Assembly (NCBI GenBank): GCA_963664305.2
Contig: CAXXLV010000001.1
Coordinates: forward strand, 160,001-224,000
DNA length: 64,000 nt
Direction: 5' to 3'
Source of the DNA: an uncultured Aliarcobacter sp.
GTDB lineage: Bacteria > Campylobacterota > Campylobacteria > Campylobacterales > Arcobacteraceae
Position numbers and translations under genes: made by a program. Of the stretch, positions 1-8,831 are shown piece after piece (the first letter of the stretch is position 1; every line of letters begins with the position of its first letter). The notes below the pieces were generated by a model. That model was given only the letters and a program-made list of their open reading frames with translations. It was not told the origin of the DNA and made no database searches.

Positions 1-422
1 TTTAAATAAGATATTTTCATAAGATACTTATAAATTAATTTTTGAAAAAGAGGTAGTTTCTTCATTCCTGATAAAGTACTTGCTTCTCTAAATGTAATGT
101 ATTCTATTTTTAATCCATATGCTGAAATACCTATTAAAATATTAACATCTCTAATTACAGAAAGGATACATGAATTAGTATTATCCTTTAAATATTTTCT
201 TAATTTAAAAACAACATATCTACTTCTTGAAATATTTAAATCAATGATATTTACACCTGAGTGTACAAGATTTAAATAACTACCTTTTTTTTTAAAAAGA
301 ACTAAATCAACTTCATGACCAATTGAATTATAATAATTTGCTAAATTAACTGCTACTTTTTCAGCACCCCCACCATTTAAACTAGGAGATATAATTGAAA
401 TTTTTTGGTTATTTTTTTTCAT
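1..422 (-). CDS. GT4-family glycosyltransferase, N-terminal part (runs off the left edge)
   Basis: Not in the ORF track; hand-translated from ATG at 422, which overlaps the upstream TGA as ATGA: MKKNNQKISIISPSLNGGGAEKVAVNLANYYNSIGHEVDLVLF. GGGAEK is the typical GT4 N-terminal motif. Confidence 0.85.
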   Translation of the reverse strand, partial: MKKNNQKISIISPSLNGGGAEKVAVNLANYYNSIGHEVDLVLFKKKGSYLNLVHSGVNIIDLNISRSRYVVFKLRKYLKDNTNSCILSVIRDVNILIGISAYGLKIEYITFREASTLSGMKKLPLFQKLIYKYLMKISYL

Positions 423-1639
423 TTTAATAACTTTTCAACTTGTTGTATTAGCTTTTTTATATTAAACTCCTCAAAATTAACTACAAAACCTTTTGTATTT
501 TTTTGAATTTGCTCAATTGCTTTTATAGTACTTTCAATTGTATAATTTGAAACAATTTGATTATTGTTTTCTAATAACTCAAAAAGTTCTCCACCATCTG
601 AAATATGCCAAATAGTCTTTTTTAAAGCCATATAATCAAAAATTTTAGAACCAAAAGCATGGGAATTATCTAAAGAATTAATAGAAAGGCAAATATCACA
701 CTGACTTATCTTATTATATATCTCTGATTGAGAGACTAAAGCATTAAATTCAAAATATTTTTCAATTGTTTTATAATATTTACTATTGCTAAACTTATTT
801 AGATTGATATTTGAATATAGGACAACTTTTAAATTACTAAAAGAATTTTTTTCTAATGTTTCAGCAATTAGTTCTAAAGCTTTCATTCTTGACTGAGCAA
901 GTCTTCCTGCATATAAAATAATAATTTCATCTTTAGAATTTATTGATGCAGTAGTTGAATAGTCATCTACATCATATCCATTATAAATAGTATTTATTTT
1001 ATTTGCACTTTCAGGATATAAATTTTGTAAATTTTTTGTCATATCTTCTGTAACACAGAGAATTTGATTTGATAATTTTACAACTTCTGTTTCTTTTTTA
1101 AGAGATGATTCCTTTGCTTTAAAAGAAGATAATGCTTTTAAGGTATAGGTTAAATTATAATTCCAAGGATCACGATAATCTACAATCATATTCAAAAAAG
1201 GATTTTCACTTTTTAATATTGCGGCAGAGTATAAAAAAGAGTGTGGAGGACCAGTAACAATAAGATTTTTAATACTGTTTTCTCTTATTAATTTATTTGC
1301 TTTTTCAAAAAAATCATCACTATTATTATCTGCAATATCTAATTTATTTAATATTTTATTTCTAAAAATAGTAACTACTTTACAAAATACTTTTTCTAAA
1401 AAAGTTTTATTTGTTTTTAGACATTTAGTAGGATATGAATCTTCAAAATAACTAATCTTTATATTCTCATGTTTTACATCATGATTCCAATTTACTAAAT
1501 CCTTATAAGGATATTTACGAGCTAATACAAATACCTCATAACCAGATAAAGCTAAATACTTTGAAAATTTTGCCCATCTTCTTGTCCCAATATTTCCCAT
1601 AGGTGGAAATTTATAAGCTACGATTAATACTTTCTTCAT
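419..1639 (-). CDS. GT4-like glycosyltransferase
   Basis: IVAYKFPP..G..R, TGPPHS, DYRDPW, IYNGYD, YAGRL and SKIFDYMA motifs. Confidence 0.85.
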   Translation of the reverse strand: MKKVLIVAYKFPPMGNIGTRRWAKFSKYLALSGYEVFVLARKYPYKDLVNWNHDVKHENIKISYFEDSYPTKCLKTNKTFLEKVFCKVVTIFRNKILNKLDIADNNSDDFFEKANKLIRENSIKNLIVTGPPHSFLYSAAILKSENPFLNMIVDYRDPWNYNLTYTLKALSSFKAKESSLKKETEVVKLSNQILCVTEDMTKNLQNLYPESANKINTIYNGYDVDDYSTTASINSKDEIIILYAGRLAQSRMKALELIAETLEKNSFSNLKVVLYSNINLNKFSNSKYYKTIEKYFEFNALVSQSEIYNKISQCDICLSINSLDNSHAFGSKIFDYMALKKTIWHISDGGELFELLENNNQIVSNYTIESTIKAIEQIQKNTKGFVVNFEEFNIKKLIQQVEKLLK

Positions 1640-3480
1640 ATCTCTTCTTTAAAAAATATTTTTTTAAACTGATTTTTATTCATATATCTAATTAACTGTT
1701 TAATTGATAAACTCATATCTAAAACTTTTGGATTGGTCTTTAAATCATTTTTGTCCATATTTGAAAGGAACCAATTTTTCAGATTACCTCTAAACCAGTA
1801 ATCCTCTGGCAATAACCACCCCATTTTATCTTTTCTCCAAACAATATTATCTGGTAATTTATTCTTAAAAGCGAGTCTTGCTATATATTTTGTCCAACCA
1901 TTATGCATTTTATAACAAGAAGGTATACTTGCTAGAAACTCTACTAAACGATAATCCATAAAAGGCATTCTTGATTCAATTGAAAATGCCATTGATGTAT
2001 GGTCAGCATAGTGAATTAATGTTACTAAAGATGAATGTAGATCAAAAGCAAGTTGTTCATTTAAATTTCTAAAAGGATACTTCTTCTTTAAAATGTTAGA
2101 TACTGTAAAAATAGTTAGTTTCTTTCCAATAATATTACTTAATAGTCCAACAAAAAAACTAACTAAAATTGTTCTTTTTGAAAAAGGCATTTTCAAAAAA
2201 GCATATGTTTCTTTAAATAAATCTATAAAACTTAAAGAGATAAAATAGTTTTTTAAATATCTACTATATCCTGCTAATTGTTCATCTGCTCCTTGTCCAT
2301 CTAATGTTACTTTAACATTAGTAGAAGATACAAGTTTAAAAGTATGCCAGCTTGACATAAGAGTTGTTTCTGGTGGATTTTCCATCATATATATAACTTT
2401 TTTATATTCAGAAGGGATATTTTTTTCTAATGGTTCTATTTGATTAGAATTTACATTTAAAAATTCTGCGATTTCATTTATAAACTCACTTTCATCACAA
2501 TGTTGAGTTCCTGAAGTATGATATATGCTTGAAAAAGTTTCTTGAAGTTCCTCATTCCCTTGCTCTTTTAATAGCTTGTTTACTAAATAAACTATTGAAC
2601 TACTATCTAATCCTCCAGATAAAGCAGAACCAATTTTAACATCTGCTCTTAATCTTACTCTAACTGCATCTTCTAGTAAAAGATAATACTTTTCAGCATA
2701 TTCTTTTGCTTTTTCTAAACTAAACTTTTCTACTGAAAGGTTAGGTTTAATTTCCCAAAACTTTTTTATTTGGAAATTAAAAAATAGTTCATCAATTGTT
2801 CCTAAAAAATAAGATGAGAAATCAAAACGATATATATTTTTAAAAGCTGTTTCTTTTAAATATTCTTTAGGACCTTCTTTTATATAACTATTTAAATAAG
2901 ATTCATTTTCTCTTTTTAAAACTGAAGGATGCTCTAAAATTGACTTTATCTCAGAAGCAAAAATAAAGTTATTTTCATCTTTATAATAATATAAAGGTTT
3001 TATTCCAAACCTATCTCTTGATATAAAAAATTTCTCTTCTAAAGTATCATAAAGAACAAAAGACCACATTCCATTAAATTTATTAAGACAATCTTCTTTC
3101 CATGCATCATAAGAAGCAATTATTACTTCTGTATCTGTATTATTAGAGAAATCATATCCTAAAGAGACAAGTTCTGATTTTAATTCTAAGAAATTGTATA
3201 TTTCTCCATTATATACAATCCAATATCTATCTTGATAACTCATAGGCTGATGTCCAGCAGTTGATAAATCTTGAATAGATAATCTTCTATGTGCAAAAGA
3301 AAAGTTTATATTAGATTCGATAAATTCTATTTTATCAGAAGATATATTATTAGTACAATTTCCTGCAATTAAATAACCTTCATCATTAGGACCTCTATGA
3401 TGAATTTTATCATTCATTTTTTTTATAGTATTTATATCTATTAATTCATTTCTTTGAATAATCCCTACTATTCCACACAT
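1636..3480 (-). CDS. asnB: Asparagine synthase (glutamine-hydrolysing)-type amidotransferase, glycan-modifying
   Basis: N-terminal MCGI, HRRLSIQDLS, NGEIYNF, LSGGLDSS, DGQGADE, SIESRMPFMD; located inside a glycan operon. Confidence 0.9.
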   Translation of the reverse strand: MCGIVGIIQRNELIDINTIKKMNDKIHHRGPNDEGYLIAGNCTNNISSDKIEFIESNINFSFAHRRLSIQDLSTAGHQPMSYQDRYWIVYNGEIYNFLELKSELVSLGYDFSNNTDTEVIIASYDAWKEDCLNKFNGMWSFVLYDTLEEKFFISRDRFGIKPLYYYKDENNFIFASEIKSILEHPSVLKRENESYLNSYIKEGPKEYLKETAFKNIYRFDFSSYFLGTIDELFFNFQIKKFWEIKPNLSVEKFSLEKAKEYAEKYYLLLEDAVRVRLRADVKIGSALSGGLDSSSIVYLVNKLLKEQGNEELQETFSSIYHTSGTQHCDESEFINEIAEFLNVNSNQIEPLEKNIPSEYKKVIYMMENPPETTLMSSWHTFKLVSSTNVKVTLDGQGADEQLAGYSRYLKNYFISLSFIDLFKETYAFLKMPFSKRTILVSFFVGLLSNIIGKKLTIFTVSNILKKKYPFRNLNEQLAFDLHSSLVTLIHYADHTSMAFSIESRMPFMDYRLVEFLASIPSCYKMHNGWTKYIARLAFKNKLPDNIVWRKDKMGWLLPEDYWFRGNLKNWFLSNMDKNDLKTNPKVLDMSLSIKQLIRYMNKNQFKKIFFKEEI

Positions 3481-4739
3481 TAAATACTTTCCTTAATATT
3501 TTTTACCTTGATATCAAACTTTATGTTTAATTTATTTTCTAACTCTTCCATATTTGAATAAGAAAACTTTCCATATTCAGCTAAAATTTTTTTTCTATAA
3601 AAATATTTTAACTCTTTTTTATCATTTTCATTAAAATAAAAATAGGTCTCATAATCTTGATTCAATCTATCATAAAAAGTAGAAGAAGCATAGGTAACTG
3701 CTACTTCTGCTTCACTTAAACTTGAAACATTTTCATCACTTGTAGGACAATGGATATACTCACTACTTTCATAGTAAGGAGGTATTATTTGATAATTATT
3801 AAATAATTTCTTTTCAAAAGGATGAAGATATACACATAAATGTAACTTATTTAATGTTGCGTAACTTTTTAAAAATGTGATAATTTCATTTATCTTTTTC
3901 CATCTACTATTATCAATATATTTACTTTCTTTAATTCCTTCAATATCATTTGTCTGTTTTAGTCCATCTATTCTTGCCCACTCTCCTGAAGAATAAAATG
4001 CTAAATCATATTTAAAATTACTAACATTTTTATATTCAATATTCATTTCATTTCCCCATAATTGGACAGAAGTATTTTCCAATTTCAACCATTTTATTTT
4101 TTTGTAATATTCAAATTCTTTTAATTGTCCTTTACTACATAATATAATTGTAGTATTTCTATAACAATCATATCTACATGTATTATAAACATAAGAACTA
4201 GACCAACAATAAAAAAAGTTAATACTTTTATCTCTTAATGTAACATACAATAGTAGTAATATATGTTCTAATTTTTGAACATTAAATAGATATACATTTT
4301 TTCTTTTTGAATTAAATAAATTAAAGGTATTCATTGAAAATGAAATTAAAAAATTAAAATTTATTTTCTGACTAAAATACAAAAGCAGAAAAGGAATAAT
4401 TAGCCATAAAGAAAAATAGATTAAAATAAATATAAAAAAACTATAAAAAGAGTTTATTAATATACCTTGAGTATAAACAATATTATCAATTTCTAAAGGT
4501 TCATCTATATATTTATTGATAAATTGACTTCTTTCAATACCTTTTTTATCGATATAAATATTTTCATTTTTATTAAATTGTTTAAATTTTACATATTTCA
4601 AAGTAATAAAAAGAACATAAATATATCTTAAAATATTAAACTGTTTTTTAGGAATAGATTTTGTCAAAATAATCTTGTATAACCTGACTTTATTTATACC
4701 AAATAATTTTTTAATCAATATTTGTACTATTTTATTCAA
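3480..4739 (-). CDS. Hypothetical glycan-locus protein; candidate nonulosonate (Pse) transferase
   Basis: 419-aa ORF with TTG start and an N-terminal hydrophobic stretch. The C-terminal YLHPFE and YASST resemble the HP and S-S/T motifs of bacterial sialyltransferases. Confidence 0.5.
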   Translation of the reverse strand: MNKIVQILIKKLFGINKVRLYKIILTKSIPKKQFNILRYIYVLFITLKYVKFKQFNKNENIYIDKKGIERSQFINKYIDEPLEIDNIVYTQGILINSFYSFFIFILIYFSLWLIIPFLLLYFSQKINFNFLISFSMNTFNLFNSKRKNVYLFNVQKLEHILLLLYVTLRDKSINFFYCWSSSYVYNTCRYDCYRNTTIILCSKGQLKEFEYYKKIKWLKLENTSVQLWGNEMNIEYKNVSNFKYDLAFYSSGEWARIDGLKQTNDIEGIKESKYIDNSRWKKINEIITFLKSYATLNKLHLCVYLHPFEKKLFNNYQIIPPYYESSEYIHCPTSDENVSSLSEAEVAVTYASSTFYDRLNQDYETYFYFNENDKKELKYFYRKKILAEYGKFSYSNMEELENKLNIKFDIKVKNIKESI

Positions 4740-4831
4740 AAACTTTCCTATTTAATCTTGATAAGTAATTTTATTTAAAAATAAGTTTATTTTAATACCC
4801 AAACTTATTTTTAAATTAATGTAGCATAGAA

Positions 4832-5455
4832 TTAACTCTTTTTCTTTAGTAAGAACCATGTAATATCATCTTGGGGGAAGTTATTATCTCTATGATATAC
4901 AAATCCATAATCAACTAGCTCTAAATCATTATATTTTTCTAACATTTCGCCTGCAAAATCTCTTTTAAATAATTTATTACTATGTCCTCTATAACCTATT
5001 GTTACAGGACTTGGATTATAATACTCAGCAATTAAAATATACTTATTTGAAGTTTCATATAATTTTTCATACACTGTTTGTAAAAAATCGGGATTTATAT
5101 GAATTAATACACCTTTTATAAAAACAAAATCTCTTTTTCTATCAGGTTCAAAGTTTAAAATAGACTCATGGTAAATTTTATTAATGAAATCATGTTTTTC
5201 TAACTCTGCAACTGCATTTTTATTAATTTCAATTGCTGAAATATCTATTGAATTAAATAATTTACTTATTGCATGTAAATTCAATCCAATATTAGAACCA
5301 AATTCGATTACACTCTTAACATCATCACATTTTTTAAATATACTACTAAATAAAGGAATATTATTTTTTATTAAATCCTTATTATTTCTTGCTATATATT
5401 CATTTCCCCATTCTTCTGATGCCCAAAATTCTTCTTGTTCTGTTTTATACTTCAC
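4832..5455 (-). CDS. Pseudaminic acid biosynthesis-associated methyltransferase
   Basis: TEQEEFWASEEWGNEYIARN, EFGSNIGLNL, GVLIHINP, YRGH..LFKRDFAGE, FPQDDITWFL. Confidence 0.9.
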   Translation of the reverse strand: MKYKTEQEEFWASEEWGNEYIARNNKDLIKNNIPLFSSIFKKCDDVKSVIEFGSNIGLNLHAISKLFNSIDISAIEINKNAVAELEKHDFINKIYHESILNFEPDRKRDFVFIKGVLIHINPDFLQTVYEKLYETSNKYILIAEYYNPSPVTIGYRGHSNKLFKRDFAGEMLEKYNDLELVDYGFVYHRDNNFPQDDITWFLLKKKS

Positions 5456-6491
5456 TATTTTCTCCTATTAAATTTAATCTATCTGCGAATTTATAATCTT
5501 TCTCTGCTTTTTTACCTAAAATAGTTTTTAGATATTTCGGAGGTAAACCATAACCAGGTCTTACACTTTTTATATTATCTTCAGTAAAGACTTCACCTTT
5601 TTTTATATCTTTAGAGACATATAAACTTCTTGCGAATTGTCTTGAGTTTTTCTTTTTTTCAGTTAAAGTATAATCTACTTTTCCTATCAGCTTTTCTGCT
5701 TGTCTTACTGCTGCTATCATCTCTTTAAATTCTTCTTTATCTAAAGAAAAGTCACAATCAGGACCACCAATAGATTTATCCAAAATAAAATGTTTTTCAA
5801 TCACTTTAGCACCTAAAGTAGTTGCTACAATAGGAGCAGTAATACCTAAAGTATGATCAGAAAAACCTGCTATTACACCAAATGTTTCTTTAAGATTAGG
5901 AATCATTGCTAAGTTTGCATCTTCTAGTAAAGCAGGATAAGCACTGGTACATTTTAATAAAACAATATTATTATTTCCTACTTTTCTACAAATATTTACC
6001 ACATCTTGTATTTCATCAATTGTTGCTATCCCTGTCGAAATAATTATAGGCTTTCCTTTTGATGCGGTATATTCAATAAGGTTATAATCAGTTATTTCAA
6101 ATGAGGCAATTTTATATGCGATAGGATTAAATTGTTCTAAAAAATCTACTGCTATTTTATCAAAAGGAGATGAAAAAATATCAATATCAATACTTTTTGC
6201 ATAATCAAAAAGCTCTTTATGCCATTCCCAAGGAGTTAAAGCTTCACTATAAAGTTCATACATAGATTTATTATCCCAAAGTGTTCCACCTTTTATAATA
6301 AAATCATCTCTTTTACTATTTAATGTTAAAGTATCAGCTGTATATGTTTGAAGTTTAATTGCATTTGCACCAATATCTTTTGCTGCTTTTATTGTTTCTT
6401 TAGCTAAATCAATATTACCACCATGATTAGCACTAAGCTCTGCAATAATATAAGTAGAACTACTTGATAAATCAAAGTTACCAATTTTCAT
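5445..6491 (-). CDS. pseI: Pseudaminic acid synthase
   Basis: IAELSANHGG, KLQTYTADT, KIASFEITD, LKCTSAYP, GFSDHT, IEKHF, and a C-terminal SAF domain (VRPGYGL). Confidence 0.93.
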   Translation of the reverse strand: MKIGNFDLSSSSTYIIAELSANHGGNIDLAKETIKAAKDIGANAIKLQTYTADTLTLNSKRDDFIIKGGTLWDNKSMYELYSEALTPWEWHKELFDYAKSIDIDIFSSPFDKIAVDFLEQFNPIAYKIASFEITDYNLIEYTASKGKPIIISTGIATIDEIQDVVNICRKVGNNNIVLLKCTSAYPALLEDANLAMIPNLKETFGVIAGFSDHTLGITAPIVATTLGAKVIEKHFILDKSIGGPDCDFSLDKEEFKEMIAAVRQAEKLIGKVDYTLTEKKKNSRQFARSLYVSKDIKKGEVFTEDNIKSVRPGYGLPPKYLKTILGKKAEKDYKFADRLNLIGENSEV

Positions 6492-7117
6492 TTACTTGCC
6501 TCTTCTATTTTTAAAATATATTTTTTCCCTTCTTTATAAAAAAAAGCAGGATAACTGTCATTATCAACTATTCTTAAAAGATTAAATTGTTGATCAATAC
6601 TTTTATGTATATCTAATTCACTATCTTTACTATCTCTTTTTTCATAAAAAGTTTCAATACCTTCTTGTTTTACAGGTTTTTTATATTCATCATATTTATC
6701 TAAAAAATCTATGCACATCTCTATTATAAAACTTGCTTGCTTTCTTCTTAGTTCTTCATTTAACTCAAAACCTGTTAAAGAAAGAGTTTTTTTCATATAA
6801 ATATCTCCGTTATCCACTCCAGAAGAAGCTTCAAACATAGAAAAAACAATATTGTTTTTTCCTTCTAAAATTTGCCAAAACATAGGAGCCCAACCTTTAC
6901 CTAACGGTAAATCACTAGCGTGAATCACAATATTATGTTTGGATAATAGATATTCTTTTGGTATTATTCTATGATAACTTAAGATAAATATTACATCATA
7001 TGAAGACTCTATTTCTTCATGCCTAAAAAACAAGCTTGCATTTTTAAGTATATTCTGTAACTCTTTAGCATAATCAATAAACCATTGATTTTCTGAAGTT
7101 AAAATAGCAACTTTCAA
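6488..7117 (-). CDS. Sugar N-formyltransferase (Fmt-like)
   Basis: NIVIHASDLPLGKGWAP and GVDNGDI formyltransferase motifs; TTG start. Confidence 0.8.
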   Translation of the reverse strand: MKVAILTSENQWFIDYAKELQNILKNASLFFRHEEIESSYDVIFILSYHRIIPKEYLLSKHNIVIHASDLPLGKGWAPMFWQILEGKNNIVFSMFEASSGVDNGDIYMKKTLSLTGFELNEELRRKQASFIIEMCIDFLDKYDEYKKPVKQEGIETFYEKRDSKDSELDIHKSIDQQFNLLRIVDNDSYPAFFYKEGKKYILKIEEASK

Positions 7118-7119
7118 TA

Positions 7120-7833
7120 TTATTCCTTATTTTCTATTAATGATAAAATTTCTTTTGCAATAAAAAAATGACCTATTTCATTAATATGCATTCCATCAGC
7201 TAATAATGCATCTTGATTTGATTTTGTAAATTCATATAAATCTATAATATATATATTCTCATAATCTTTTTTTAATTTATTAAATATTTCATTGTATTTA
7301 TCTATATTATATAATATATTTGTATATTCATTTTGAACAGTTAATGAAGGGTATGCTATATTAATAAAAAATATTTTTTCACAATTTGAAGTTTTGTTTA
7401 TATTATCAATAATTTTTTTTAAATTTTTTTCAAATTCATCTATTTCAACCATAACATTTTTACGAATTTTTGTTAGGAACTTTCTTTTTTTTCCTAAATA
7501 AGATACAAACTTCTGAACAATTTTTCCTACTAAAGGAAAAAAAGTTAAAAATTCAAATATTTTTTTCTCATATTTATTAAAAATTCTAGGTGCACAATCT
7601 ACTATACCCAATTGAATAATATAAACATTAGCATTTGTAGCTAAAATATGATTATTTATTGCACTTGAAGAAGAACAAGTTCTTGATGTATTAGAAGGTG
7701 TTCCATAATTAATAACATATACATTATCTAATGAATTTTGTAAAAAATACTGATATATATTTTCTAATTGTATATTCTCTAAAAATCTTATTTGACTTAG
7801 AGAATCACCTATAATAACAACTTTTTTATTCAA
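7120..7833 (-). CDS. SGNH/GDSL hydrolase-family protein
   Basis: IIGDSL (block I), QLGIVD (block III-like), DGMHIN (block V). Confidence 0.8.
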   Translation of the reverse strand: MNKKVVIIGDSLSQIRFLENIQLENIYQYFLQNSLDNVYVINYGTPSNTSRTCSSSSAINNHILATNANVYIIQLGIVDCAPRIFNKYEKKIFEFLTFFPLVGKIVQKFVSYLGKKRKFLTKIRKNVMVEIDEFEKNLKKIIDNINKTSNCEKIFFINIAYPSLTVQNEYTNILYNIDKYNEIFNKLKKDYENIYIIDLYEFTKSNQDALLADGMHINEIGHFFIAKEILSLIENKE

Positions 7834-7891
7834 CTAATCCCCCGTATAAATTTATATAATAACATAAACTCTATTAAAATTTATTATTATT

Positions 7892-8830
7892 TTAGTTTTT
7901 GAACCTAAATACTTTTCTATGATTTTTTTTATTAATAATTAATTTTTTTATATAAAGAGATAATTTATTTCTATTAAACCTTTTTATTGCAAAAAAATTC
8001 TTTTTTCTTACATAGTTAAATATTTCTTTTTGATTATCTGCTGTTTTAATGGCTATAAAAGGTATTTCTAAAAAGAAAACTTCGTTTAATATTACACTTG
8101 GAGTTACAATTGCAATATGACTTTTTTTTATAATTTTTGCAATCTGATTTGAATTTACATATAAATTAATCCATTTTTTATTCTTACAATATTGTATCAA
8201 TTCATTTAGATTTTTATTTGCATTAGTTGTTACAAGATTAACTTCTATCTTTTTAAATTTACTTAATACTTCTAATATTTTAATATTAATATTACTATGA
8301 TCTGCACCACCCATTCCAATAAATACTTCAATATTAGTACTTTTATAGATTTTCTTTTTTTCTGAAATAAATTCTTCTCTTAAAAGAGTATATTTACTTC
8401 CACACCTGAGTTCACAATTTGGAGGTACTAAATTCTTATATTTACTTTCTTTTGCATTTATATTATGATTTAATAAAATATCACAATAGTGTTTTTCATA
8501 AGTATCATCAAAAGAGAGTATTATTAAATGTGGAAAAATAAGTTTTAATTCTTTTTCAAAGTTAAAATCAATTCCATAATGGTCAATTATAAGTAAATCA
8601 ATTTTCAATTCAATAATTAAATCTTTTAATTTAGAAAAACTATTATCTTCTAAAACTTTTAAGATATAACCTTCTTTTATAATTTTATAATTTAAATTTC
8701 CAATTAAATCACATGCCGCAAAAAAAATAGTATTATTTTCTGTTTTATATTTAGAAGCTAATACTAAATCTCTCATTAAATGTCCAGACCCAATATAAGA
8801 AGAGGAATCTGAACGAAAAAGAATATTCAT
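7892..8830 (-). CDS. pseG: UDP-2,4-diacylamino-2,4,6-trideoxy-beta-L-altropyranose hydrolase
   Basis: FRSDSSSYIGSGHLMRDLVLA, IDHYGI, DILLNHN, LLREEF, MGGAD, ADNQ. Confidence 0.9.
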   Translation of the reverse strand: MNILFRSDSSSYIGSGHLMRDLVLASKYKTENNTIFFAACDLIGNLNYKIIKEGYILKVLEDNSFSKLKDLIIELKIDLLIIDHYGIDFNFEKELKLIFPHLIILSFDDTYEKHYCDILLNHNINAKESKYKNLVPPNCELRCGSKYTLLREEFISEKKKIYKSTNIEVFIGMGGADHSNINIKILEVLSKFKKIEVNLVTTNANKNLNELIQYCKNKKWINLYVNSNQIAKIIKKSHIAIVTPSVILNEVFFLEIPFIAIKTADNQKEIFNYVRKKNFFAIKRFNRNKLSLYIKKLIINKKNHRKVFRFKN

Positions 8831-8831
8831 C

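Noticed and set aside
97..279. 60-aa plus-strand ORF
   Set aside because: Antisense to the GT4 gene at 1-422.
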